This document shows, piece after piece, positions 17,703 through 26,040 of a DNA stretch of 29,190 nt. The notes under the pieces were generated by a model. It saw only the letters and a list, made by a program, of their open reading frames with translations, had not been told where the DNA came from and did no database searches. The translations under genes and the position numbers were made by a program. The DNA is taken from the NCBI GenBank assembly GCA_016177905.1, contig JACOUK010000055.1, positions 1 to 29,190 on the forward strand, written 5' to 3'. The stretch is from Candidatus Spechtbacteria bacterium. GTDB taxonomy: Bacteria; Patescibacteriota; Minisyncoccia; Spechtbacterales; HO2-43-30. The stretch's first letter is position 1. Every line of letters begins with the position of its first letter.

Positions 17703-19220
17703 ATGACAAAAATTTTTTTAATTGAATGGCCGGAAAATCTCGCGGGAATCGCGCGAGAACTGCAAAAACGTTCCTGCGAGATTCTCTATTGGACTGGTGT
17801 TGGATTGCATGGATCTTCGAACCCGCTTGAGAAAGAATTTCCTCAAACTATTTTTCAGAATAGCTATGATTCGTTGCAGGGTCTTGATCCCTCTCGCGTG
17901 GACTCGGCGAGTTTTGAGCCCCTTTCGCGCGATGTGATAAGAAGATTTTTCGAATGCGAAGCGGCGACGTTGGCAATGATGGATCGCATTGATTATTCAG
18001 ACGTTCCGGTGCGGAGAAGAAAACGTCTCTATTATAAACTTTTGAAGTATTGGTTTGGAGTTTTGAAAAATCACACGCCCGATGCGATTGTTTTTTCCGT
18101 GACACCCCATCTTGTCTACGATTTTGTTCTGTACTGGGTCGCAAAAGATCTTGGGATATGCACACTCATGTTTATCCCGACAAGAATTCCGGAGAGATTA
18201 TTGCTGATTGACGATATCGAAGGCGGATCTTTGAGACTTACTCGGGAGTTGGAGGGGACCCGAAATGTCCGGTTCGAGGATTTAAGCAAAGATCTTCAGG
18301 ATTATTATATTTCTCAAACAACGCCAAAAAATAGCTCGCGTTTTCCATTCTATACTCACGCGGACTTGTATAAAGGGCGGATTAAAGTTGTGTACGTTCC
18401 ATCGCTCGCAAGAGTTTTTGCGAGCATTGTGAGGGGAGATTTCTTGTCCAGAGCAAGGGAGTATAGCAATCGAATTTTTTTTACAAAATCGCGCCTTCTT
18501 AGTTTCGATGCGCAGTACACAGGACTTGGTTATCAGATGAAGCTCTTGGAGTGGGAGAAGGCAAAACGAGAGTTTGAAAAAGAATACCGTTCGCTTGTCT
18601 CGCCGATTGATTGGAATAAAAAGTTTATCTATGCTCCGCTTCAGTTTCAACCCGAACGGTCAACTTCTCCGGAAGGAGGAATTTTTGCCGATCAATTTTT
18701 GATGATTGATATTTTGTCTCATTCTGTTCCTTCCGACTGGGTGGTCTACGTAAAAGAGCATCTATCTCAATGGACAAAAGGGGGCACTCACGCGCATCAG
18801 GGGAGATACCGCGGGTATTACAAAGAGTTGGCCGCATTTCCCAACGTGCGTTTGATTGCGCCGGAAATTTTATCGAATGAGCTTATCGCAAAGTGCGAAG
18901 TAGTTTCTTCGGTCGCGGGGACCGGTTCGTGGGAAGGAATATTGAACGGCAAGCCGTCTTTGATGTTTGGCTATCCGTCCTACAAGGATTGTAGCGAGGT
19001 TTTGAAAGTTTCCGATGTTCAATCCTGTAAAGCCGCGATCCAAAAAATTGCGAGCGGTTGGAAGCCGGATAAACAAAAAGTTTTAAATTATCTTGGCGCT
19101 TTCGATAAAGCGAGCATCAAGGGGCGGATAGAGCAGGGCGTTGAAAAGACATCTCTTGCCTCCCCGGAGGAAAATAATAAAGCCATTGCTGAAGGAATAT
19201 ATGGCGCATTGCGCAGCTAG
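17703..19220 (+). CDS. Capsule polysaccharide synthesis protein (KpsS-like), candidate CMP-ulosonate transferase
   Basis: FIYAPLQFQPERST, VYVKEH, SSVAGTGSWEGILNGKP..FG pattern typical of this family. ATG17703 preferred over ATG17685, which lies in the terminator. Confidence 0.65.
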   Translation: MTKIFLIEWPENLAGIARELQKRSCEILYWTGVGLHGSSNPLEKEFPQTIFQNSYDSLQGLDPSRVDSASFEPLSRDVIRRFFECEAATLAMMDRIDYSDVPVRRRKRLYYKLLKYWFGVLKNHTPDAIVFSVTPHLVYDFVLYWVAKDLGICTLMFIPTRIPERLLLIDDIEGGSLRLTRELEGTRNVRFEDLSKDLQDYYISQTTPKNSSRFPFYTHADLYKGRIKVVYVPSLARVFASIVRGDFLSRAREYSNRIFFTKSRLLSFDAQYTGLGYQMKLLEWEKAKREFEKEYRSLVSPIDWNKKFIYAPLQFQPERSTSPEGGIFADQFLMIDILSHSVPSDWVVYVKEHLSQWTKGGTHAHQGRYRGYYKELAAFPNVRLIAPEILSNELIAKCEVVSSVAGTGSWEGILNGKPSLMFGYPSYKDCSEVLKVSDVQSCKAAIQKIASGWKPDKQKVLNYLGAFDKASIKGRIEQGVEKTSLASPEENNKAIAEGIYGALRS

Positions 19221-19232
19221 TCTGCAGCCCCT

Positions 19233-20024
19233 TCACCACGCGGTCCAGCCTCCGTCTATGATGAGGTTTGCTCCGGTCATGTATCTTGATGCGCCGGATG
19301 CAAGAAAAAGTATAGCGCCATTGAAATCAGTCTTATCTGCCATTCTTCCGAGCACAGTTTTTTCGTTGTAGGCTTTTACAAAATTTTGATCTTGATTGGC
19401 AAATACTCCCCCAAGCGTGAGAGTATTAACCCGTATATTTGTCCCGCGAAGATATGTCGCCCACGCGCGCGTGAAATTGAGAACCGCGCCTTTCGTGGTC
19501 GCGTACCCTATAGATTTATATTTTCCATTTTCGTATAGGCGGTTATCAGGTCCTGCGTTCCCGTAGATAGAGGAAATGTTGATGATCGAGCCGCTTTTTT
19601 GTTTCTTCATAAATGGCACAACCGCTTGCGTAACAAACAGTGCTCCGCTTAGATTTACCGAAAGCTCGTTTTCCCAGAGTTCTTGCGGGTAGTCTTCATA
19701 GGGAGCAAACTGTCCCTTCGATACTTCGCTGCCCGGCACCGGATTCAAGGCGGCGTTATTTACCAATACGTCGATTTCCCCATATTTTTTGCTGATTTTA
19801 CGAACAGCATCGAAAACCAGCTTTTTGTTCACGATATCAACTTTGAAATAGCGGAGCGTTTCTTTTTGTTTGAATTTGGGACTTTCAACAATATCAAAAA
19901 GGATCACGGTTGCTCCGGCATCCAGAAATACTTTTGCGTATTCCCGGCCGAGCAGTCCCGCGCCGCCGGTGATGAGGGCAATCCTTCCTTGAAGCGAAAA
20001 AAGATTTGATGCGCGATTTCTCAT
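19233..20024 (-). CDS. Short-chain dehydrogenase/reductase (PtmA-like)
   Basis: TGGAGLLG, LVNNA, NISSIYG, YATTKGAV (YxxxK), GANLIIDGGWTAW. Confidence 0.88.
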   Translation of the reverse strand: MRNRASNLFSLQGRIALITGGAGLLGREYAKVFLDAGATVILFDIVESPKFKQKETLRYFKVDIVNKKLVFDAVRKISKKYGEIDVLVNNAALNPVPGSEVSKGQFAPYEDYPQELWENELSVNLSGALFVTQAVVPFMKKQKSGSIINISSIYGNAGPDNRLYENGKYKSIGYATTKGAVLNFTRAWATYLRGTNIRVNTLTLGGVFANQDQNFVKAYNEKTVLGRMADKTDFNGAILFLASGASRYMTGANLIIDGGWTAW

Positions 20025-20025
20025 A

Positions 20026-21036
20026 TTATACTGAAAGATGGACTATCGCGTTATGTGCGATCGAAGACAGCATAGCCTCGCAAATTTTCAGCACATTGAA
20101 TCCATCTTCGAAACTTACTTCTGGACGCGCCTTTCCCTCAACACAGTCAACAAAGTGAGCAAGCTCCGCAAGGAACATGCTGTTTCTGTCGAATCTTTCC
20201 GGGTCGCCCGTGATTGTCGGGGGAATTTCTTTTTTGTGAGGAGTAAGTGTGAGAGTTTTTGCGTAGTAATCCCATCTCAATGTTCCGTCGCGCCCCATTA
20301 TTTCAAAAATTCTTCGCGGGGGCCGTTGATAGAAATCCATATGCAAAGATACGGTTTTCCCATCCTCATATTCGAAGATACTTTTTACCGAATCTTCGAC
20401 ATCAACCTCGAGGCCCGTTTGCGTTCCTCCAAAAGCCGCGATTTTTTTGGGCATACCGAAAAACCAGTAGAGATAGTCAATATCGTGGCTTTGGGTAAGC
20501 ACCACACCGCCCCCCAGCTCTTTTTTAGCGGGATAGGTCGTCCGATAATCTTCCCATGGATGCCAGTCCGGCAAGTATTCGCCCATATCAACCGAAGCTG
20601 AAATTACTTTTCCTATTACCCCCTGATCTACAAGCTCTTTCATTCTTTGAAGGAGGGGATGAAATCGGAAGTTGTATCCGGTATAGCCGACTACATTATT
20701 TTTTCGCGCTGTTTCGACGAGTGCGCGAAGTGATTCTGCTGTATGTGAAATCGGTTTTTCTACAAAAATTCCTTTTACCCCATGTTCGAGTCCTTCGCGA
20801 ATAAAATCCGCGTGAAATACGGTCGGGTTTGCGATTAAAATCGCGTCGGGTTTTTCATTGAACGCGCTTGTTAGATCAAGAAAGATTTTTGGCGAATGTT
20901 CTTTTTCAAATTCCGAAACAAAGTTCTGACTGCCTTTTCCTGTACGATAAACAATAAGATCTGGAAAGCCGAGAGTTTGCAAGTTTTTATAATGCCTTTG
21001 GCCGATAGAGCCAAGGCCGGCGATTAAAAATTTCAT
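20026..21036 (-). CDS. Gfo/Idh/MocA NAD-dependent oxidoreductase (PtmF-like)
   Basis: GLGSIGQRH, FVEKPISH, GYNFRFHP, YLPDWHPWEDYR, GGGVVLTQSHDIDY. Confidence 0.88.
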   Translation of the reverse strand: MKFLIAGLGSIGQRHYKNLQTLGFPDLIVYRTGKGSQNFVSEFEKEHSPKIFLDLTSAFNEKPDAILIANPTVFHADFIREGLEHGVKGIFVEKPISHTAESLRALVETARKNNVVGYTGYNFRFHPLLQRMKELVDQGVIGKVISASVDMGEYLPDWHPWEDYRTTYPAKKELGGGVVLTQSHDIDYLYWFFGMPKKIAAFGGTQTGLEVDVEDSVKSIFEYEDGKTVSLHMDFYQRPPRRIFEIMGRDGTLRWDYYAKTLTLTPHKKEIPPTITGDPERFDRNSMFLAELAHFVDCVEGKARPEVSFEDGFNVLKICEAMLSSIAHNAIVHLSV

Positions 21037-21770
21037 TGAAGATTCAACTTTTTTATAAGCTCTTTCGCTATGTTTAAATCGTTCGGTTCATCAATATCCA
21101 TTGATCGCTCTTCGTCGATCACAATGCCTCGAATATCCGGACCGTAGACAATTCCTTGTTTGATAAATTTTACTCTGGTCGCGTCTACTAATCCATTTTG
21201 CCAATACGCGGTCGGGAGGAGTTGCCGAGGAACGTCGGTGCCCAATCTTTGATAATGTTTTGTCGGAAGAAGCGGTTTGATTTTCGAAGATTTTGCATGA
21301 TGAAAGCGCCACATCTTAAAAGGATTATGGGGGTAAGGAGTGCAAAGAGTCCGCACGGAATCGCACTTTGTTTTTACCATGAGCGCTACGACATCGTCTA
21401 TATCTTTCGCGGTTCGAAGAGGCGAGGTGGGGCGAAGGTTTAAGATGATTTCAGGGCGCCACCCGCGATGCTTTTCGAGCCAAAGCACGGCGTGCTTCAG
21501 AAAGTCAATATCCGGCGAGTTATCCCGCGCGAATTTTTTTGGCCGAAGAAAAGGCACGTCAGCGCCGTACGATTTCGCAACCTCCGCGATTTTTGGATCG
21601 TCGGTAGAAACAATAAAAGCATCCAGAAGCGCGGATTTTTTTGCCGCATCTATGGTGTAATAAATCAGCGGTTTTCCCGCGACAAGAGCGATATTTTTAT
21701 AGGGGATGCTTTTTGATCCGCCGCGGGCCGGAATAATGCCGAGCACTTTAATGTTTGATTTTTGGTCCAT
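21033..21770 (-). CDS. neuA: Acylneuraminate cytidylyltransferase (NeuA/PtmB family)
   Basis: IIPARGGSKSIPYKNI, GKPLI, VSTDD, PFLRP, LRPTSPLR, PRQ.LP..YWQNG, SMDID. Confidence 0.9.
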   Translation of the reverse strand: MDQKSNIKVLGIIPARGGSKSIPYKNIALVAGKPLIYYTIDAAKKSALLDAFIVSTDDPKIAEVAKSYGADVPFLRPKKFARDNSPDIDFLKHAVLWLEKHRGWRPEIILNLRPTSPLRTAKDIDDVVALMVKTKCDSVRTLCTPYPHNPFKMWRFHHAKSSKIKPLLPTKHYQRLGTDVPRQLLPTAYWQNGLVDATRVKFIKQGIVYGPDIRGIVIDEERSMDIDEPNDLNIAKELIKKLNLQ

Positions 21771-21778
21771 AAGGAATA

Positions 21779-22225
21779 TCAGTTTTTTCCCAAAGGAATT
21801 TTAATGATTATGAGCCGCGCGGTTTTTGCGCATAGATGCTGGTGGGGTTGGCCCGAAGGAATCCATAGCCAGTCGCCTTGTTTGAGAATTGTCCTCGTTC
21901 CGTTGTTGATTTTTTTTCCTTTTAACTCCCGACGGTCAGAAGTTCCATCCGCCTTTTTGCCAGTCCGTGCATGGGTAAGCGTTCCGCCATATACAAATAT
22001 CACTTCGCCTTCTAAACAATGCCAGAGGTCGCCCGTTTGTGTGTGCACTTCCGCGTCATTTTCCGTTACTTCATGATCTTCAAGGATGTTGAAAGGAAGG
22101 TTGTGCGCGGCCGCAAATGACAGAAGAGGTTCGAGAAGTTTTTTGCCTGGCGCGGGGGGACTGGCGAGTGTTCTTTCGATCATCTTTTTTGGCACGAGAG
22201 CGCACTTTGGTAAATCACTTTTCAT
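21779..22225 (-). CDS. Cupin-fold protein
   Basis: AEVHTQTGDLWHCLEG (motif 1-like) and GDWLWIPSGQPHQ (motif 2); first gene of the cupin-neuA-Gfo-SDR unit. Confidence 0.7.
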   Translation of the reverse strand: MKSDLPKCALVPKKMIERTLASPPAPGKKLLEPLLSFAAAHNLPFNILEDHEVTENDAEVHTQTGDLWHCLEGEVIFVYGGTLTHARTGKKADGTSDRRELKGKKINNGTRTILKQGDWLWIPSGQPHQHLCAKTARLIIIKIPLGKN

Positions 22226-22235
22226 ACTTCATAGC

Positions 22236-22264
22236 ATGGTAGCATATAAAGACGCTACGGTCAA
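22236..22264 (-). promoter_or_regulatory. Candidate sigma70 promoter for the cupin-neuA-Gfo-SDR unit
   Basis: Minus strand TTGACC(22264-59)-17 nt-TACCAT(22241-36) with TG extension; ATG follows 10 nt later. Confidence 0.6.
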
Positions 22265-22291
22265 TTTTGATCTTATGCGAGCGCCTTGTCG

Positions 22292-22319
22292 AAAAAAAGC
22301 AGACTATTTCAGTCTGCTT
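22292..22319 (-). terminator. Intrinsic terminator of the EamA gene
   Basis: Minus strand AAGCAGACT-GAAAT-AGTCTGCTT-TTTTT: perfect 9-bp stem running into a T tract. Confidence 0.8.
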
Positions 22320-22355
22320 GTGTATCGATTTTATGCGTCGAGAGATTATCTCGTT

Positions 22356-23234
22356 CTATTGTTGACTTATGATTATTATCGCGAGGCCGAAACCTCCGAG
22401 AATAAACGCGGCTTTTTCCTGCGCGGTTAGTCCTTTCCTTTCTTTAAATACCCACCAACCGACAAGGATTGTAAGTGCCGCTCCTCCAAAGCTTGAAATA
22501 GGAACGGCAAGTCCGAGGGGCACTAGTTGGAGCGCCCAATATTGAGTGAGAAGCGAAAGAAAAATTAAGAGACTCGCGATCGGTACTTTCCATACCGTTG
22601 GTTGGAAGAGTTCCCCCTGTTCTTTTCTTCTAATGAAGGCGATCAACAGCGAGCCAAGGAATGCACCGGCATACCAATATCCCAGGAAATTAGCGCGAGG
22701 AACTTCTAGCGCAAATGCAAAATATTTCATTATAAATATCACTATTCCAACGATGCCTATCATGACACCTGCCCAAAAGAGCCATTTGAGGGACGCATTT
22801 CCTTCTGCCTTACCCCTCTTCTTTTTCACAATGAGAAAAATTGAAAAGAAGAGAAGGAGAATTCCTCCAAGAAACCAGAAATTTTGATAGAGTTTTGCCT
22901 CGTCAAGAAAAATAGCGGCAAGTAGTGCGGCAAGAACTCCGCCAAGCGGGGTTACGAGAGCAGTTTTACTCAAGCTCAATGCCAGAGCTTGCCATTGCGC
23001 ATACGCGCCAAAGGCGTTGACTGCGCCTACGGCAAGGATTGGCAAAAGCCTTAATTCAAAGCGGATTTGCCCGAAGGCGAGTATCGCAAGCCACGCAATC
23101 GCCGCGGCGATTGCAAACTGAAGACAGAGCGCTTTTGCCTTCGGAAGTGTATTTGCGATTGATTTGAGTACGCCCGAGACTATTGCTACTATCGCAATTT
23201 GAGAAGCAATGACGAGAAAAACTAGACTTTCCAT
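22356..23234 (-). CDS. EamA/DMT-superfamily transporter (about 10 TM)
   Basis: Two hydrophobic 5-TM halves ending in AAIFLDE and GWWVFKE. Confidence 0.8.
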   Translation of the reverse strand: MESLVFLVIASQIAIVAIVSGVLKSIANTLPKAKALCLQFAIAAAIAWLAILAFGQIRFELRLLPILAVGAVNAFGAYAQWQALALSLSKTALVTPLGGVLAALLAAIFLDEAKLYQNFWFLGGILLLFFSIFLIVKKKRGKAEGNASLKWLFWAGVMIGIVGIVIFIMKYFAFALEVPRANFLGYWYAGAFLGSLLIAFIRRKEQGELFQPTVWKVPIASLLIFLSLLTQYWALQLVPLGLAVPISSFGGAALTILVGWWVFKERKGLTAQEKAAFILGGFGLAIIIISQQ

Positions 23235-23240
23235 TATTGT

Positions 23241-23301
23241 CTCCTTGATTTTATTTTTAAGTTCCTAGACATATTAAAGCAAAGTTATTACTTATTGTCA
23301 A
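23241..23301 (-). promoter_or_regulatory. Candidate promoter and Shine-Dalgarno site of the EamA gene
   Basis: Minus strand TTGACA(23301-296)-17 nt-TTTAAT(23278-73); AAGGAG(23246-41) lies 6 nt before ATG. Confidence 0.55.
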
Positions 23302-23328
23302 GTGCAAGCGAGGCGGATTTCGGGCGAT

Positions 23329-24585
23329 TTATTTTTTTAAGAAAAGGAAAACTCCCAGGGTATTCGTGGCGACGGAGTTGATGAGGCGGGTGAGAACGAC
23401 GCCCCAAAGGCCGAAAATCGGAGTGAGTATGATAAGTAGAGTGATGCGGATAAGCGGAGAGAAAACGCTTGTGAGAAAAATATTTTTTTCCTGCATTTTC
23501 GCGTCAAATGTCTGACCAACAAAAGAAAGAGGGAAGAGAAAAATAAAAAACGAAAACGCCTGCGCGTAGAGGATGGTATCTTGGTATCTCGGAAAAAACG
23601 TATGGAAGACAAATGGAATAAGGAGGAGATACAATATAGTAAGAGGTATGACAAAGGCGTAGAGCCGTAAAACTTTCTTGGGGAGTTTTTGGCGAAGTTC
23701 CTCCTTGGAGAGCGCGCTCATTTTCGGGAACGCGATCTGATTTAAGACGCTTAGATTGTCGCTTATTTGGTTTGGTATTTTTTGCGCGAACGCATATATT
23801 GCGACTTGGGCCGGGCCTAAAAAATGCCAGATCAGCACCTGATCCAGTTCGCGCGCTATTGTGGGAATTATTTTGATAAAACTTACGCGGGTGCCAAACG
23901 GAATGGTTTTCTCATCCCTCGCTTTATTTGGAGGAAATTTTTTCGTTACAATCCGGAAAAAGAAAGCGCTTACCGCAATTTGAATCGCGAAATCTCCAAA
24001 GATGATGAGAGGAACGTTCTTTGTAAGATATACAATAAGTATTATCGCGGCAATCGAAATAACGGTTGAAGCGATTGCGTATATGCTTAAAAGCTTGAAG
24101 GATTTTTTCCCTTCGAGGTACGAGGCGTAGAGGGAGAAGGGGTTCAGAAGTGGCAGGAGGAGCGCCACGACGAGAAACGCGTATCCTAACGTTGGATTGC
24201 TTCTGAAAAAATAAAAAGCCGCCATGCCCAAACTTGCAAGACTGCCAATCAGACTCCATTTGATTTTAGTCCAAAATGCTGGATACAGCGACCCTTCGTA
24301 GCCCCTTGCGACCGCCTGTGTAATTGCGGCTTTCATGCTTTGGAGAGTGGGGATGGCAAGGATTGCTGCTATTGAAAGCACATATTGATACGTGCCGTAT
24401 ACTTCTTTTGAGAGGAGATTCGCGAAGGCGATCGCGGAAAGGATGCTTAAAAACGAAGCGAGTTTTTGGAGAGTAAGCCAAAATCCGCCGTGCGCCAAAT
24501 ACACATTGTCAGTCCCCGTGTATTTTTGCGTATAGCGCAGGATTTGGTAAATTTTTCCGTTAGTACTCAATAGATTCTTTGCCAC
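23329..24585 (-). CDS. wzx: Wzx-type oligosaccharide flippase (MOP/PST family)
   Basis: About 12 TM; AFANLLSKEVYGTYQY, LDQVLIWHFLGPAQVAIYAFA, LTPIFGLWGVV; GTG start. Confidence 0.82.
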   Translation of the reverse strand: MAKNLLSTNGKIYQILRYTQKYTGTDNVYLAHGGFWLTLQKLASFLSILSAIAFANLLSKEVYGTYQYVLSIAAILAIPTLQSMKAAITQAVARGYEGSLYPAFWTKIKWSLIGSLASLGMAAFYFFRSNPTLGYAFLVVALLLPLLNPFSLYASYLEGKKSFKLLSIYAIASTVISIAAIILIVYLTKNVPLIIFGDFAIQIAVSAFFFRIVTKKFPPNKARDEKTIPFGTRVSFIKIIPTIARELDQVLIWHFLGPAQVAIYAFAQKIPNQISDNLSVLNQIAFPKMSALSKEELRQKLPKKVLRLYAFVIPLTILYLLLIPFVFHTFFPRYQDTILYAQAFSFFIFLFPLSFVGQTFDAKMQEKNIFLTSVFSPLIRITLLIILTPIFGLWGVVLTRLINSVATNTLGVFLFLKK

Positions 24586-25231
24586 TTATGATGTCGAATT
24601 CCTTAATGGAGTAAAGAGAAGAAATTTCATTGATAGTATCATGGAGAAGTGTTACATCTTTGCCGGTGACGCGAAATGTGTACTCAAACATCTGATCCTG
24701 GCGTTTTTTGGAATTTAAAAGCATGACTGATATTTTGTTTTCGCGAAGACGATTGGTGAAAGCGTCTTGTTCTATGGGGGAAGTTGAATTGAGAAGTAGA
24801 ATATAGTTATTTTGGGTAAAATATCCAAGATTGAATCGAAAAAGCAGATAGGCGACAAGCGAAATCGCCGCCGTGGAAAGAAGCGCCACTGCGTATTGGT
24901 TTAATCCAACTGCTACACCTTCCGCGAGGGAGAGGAACAAAAACGCGATATCGCGAGTTTCTTTGATAATTGTACGGAAGCGGATAAACGCGAATGCTCC
25001 GAGGAGTCCGAGCGCCCCGTAAATGTTATTCTGGACAACCATGAGCACGACCGAAGCGATGATCCCTATGAGGACGAGCGTTGTGAAAAACGAGTAAGAA
25101 TAAGAAAGTCCTGTATGAGTTTTCTTATGGACATAGGCAATCGCAAGAGAAAGGAAAGTCGCGAACACAAGGTTGAAGATAACAACCGCGATGCTTACTT
25201 CCTGCTGTGAAAAGGAAAAAAAGTTTGGCAT
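24560..25231 (-). CDS. DUF4956 family membrane protein (4-5 TM plus small soluble C-terminal domain)
   Basis: GALGLLGAFAFIRFRTIIKETRDIAFLFLSLAEGVAVG matches the family signature (..IRFRT.IK..RD..F.F....G...G). Confidence 0.85.
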   Translation of the reverse strand: MPNFFSFSQQEVSIAVVIFNLVFATFLSLAIAYVHKKTHTGLSYSYSFFTTLVLIGIIASVVLMVVQNNIYGALGLLGAFAFIRFRTIIKETRDIAFLFLSLAEGVAVGLNQYAVALLSTAAISLVAYLLFRFNLGYFTQNNYILLLNSTSPIEQDAFTNRLRENKISVMLLNSKKRQDQMFEYTFRVTGKDVTLLHDTINEISSLYSIKEFDIISGKESIEY

Positions 25232-25262
25232 ACGTATTATAGCTTGTTCTCCGACAAGCAGA

Positions 25263-26009
25263 TTAACGGCTTATAGGATAAAATTTTTTCACCGCGTCTA
25301 CACTCGCGGCGTACTTGGAATACGCGTCACGTTTCAGATTATATTTTGTCAGAAGAAATTTGACTTGCCAAGGGAGGCGATCTTTGAACTTCAGTTCCAT
25401 GACCGCCTTTTTTCTGCTGACGGCTACGTTTGGATGCGGAGAGAATAGGTGAGTCTTTTTCGCAAAAATATCGAAATCAAGGGTAATGCGTATGGGGTTG
25501 TCTGATGCGCCAAGTTCAAATGCCTTTCTTTCATACTGTACGAGTAGAAAGGGTTTTCTTTGTTGAGAGGCAAGTAAAAAGATAAAATCATCCGCCACGT
25601 GCCGTTCCTTGCCCACTCTGCGAGATGAAATTTTGCGGTATGCCGCATGAGGAGACTCAAGGAGCGTTTCCCATTCCTCCGGCGTTATCCATATTCTTCT
25701 TTTGCAGATCATCATATCATACTTTTCTTTTATTTCAAGGGACACCGAAGGGCGAGAGCGATCAGTGTTGTTTACTTCTTTTCCGTAGATGCGGGCGCGG
25801 ACTTTGCGCCTTCCAAGAATTCCTCCGATTTTGTCAAAAAAATCCGAGAGATGCGGGGTTTCAAAGTATACGCTTGAAACAGTATATTGCCCGGAGGAAA
25901 ATTTTACGTCCCTTTTGAATCCAAGAAGAAGCAGATCGTCCTCGATGCGGCTGATCAAGTGATCTTGGATTGGATATTTGAATTCAAATCGCGAAAAAGT
26001 ATTTTGCAT
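25263..26009 (-). CDS. VTC-domain (polyphosphate polymerase-like, CYTH/TTM fold) protein
   Basis: RFEFKY, SVYFET, RKVRARIY, LEIKEK..KRR, YERKAF, RITLD, MELKF, YSKY: the full set of tunnel motifs. Confidence 0.88.
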   Translation of the reverse strand: MQNTFSRFEFKYPIQDHLISRIEDDLLLLGFKRDVKFSSGQYTVSSVYFETPHLSDFFDKIGGILGRRKVRARIYGKEVNNTDRSRPSVSLEIKEKYDMMICKRRIWITPEEWETLLESPHAAYRKISSRRVGKERHVADDFIFLLASQQRKPFLLVQYERKAFELGASDNPIRITLDFDIFAKKTHLFSPHPNVAVSRKKAVMELKFKDRLPWQVKFLLTKYNLKRDAYSKYAASVDAVKKFYPISR

Positions 26010-26018
26010 TGTTCGATG

Positions 26019-26040
26019 AAGTCAGCTTGCAGGCTGACTT
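26019..26040. repeat. Inverted repeat between cotH and the VTC gene
   Basis: AAGTCAGC(26019-26)/GCTGACTT(26033-40) perfect 8-bp arms; no T tract on the coding (minus) strand. Confidence 0.7.

Noticed and set aside
20038-20601. Long antisense or alternate-frame ORFs (e.g. 20038-20601, 14626-15036, 10527-10916, 5146-5532)
   Set aside because: They are shadows of well-supported genes, with no motifs or expression signals.
25236-25259. Perfect TATAAT plus a small hairpin upstream of DUF4956
   Set aside because: Only 4 nt separate it from the ATG, too close for a start site, and no -35 was evident.
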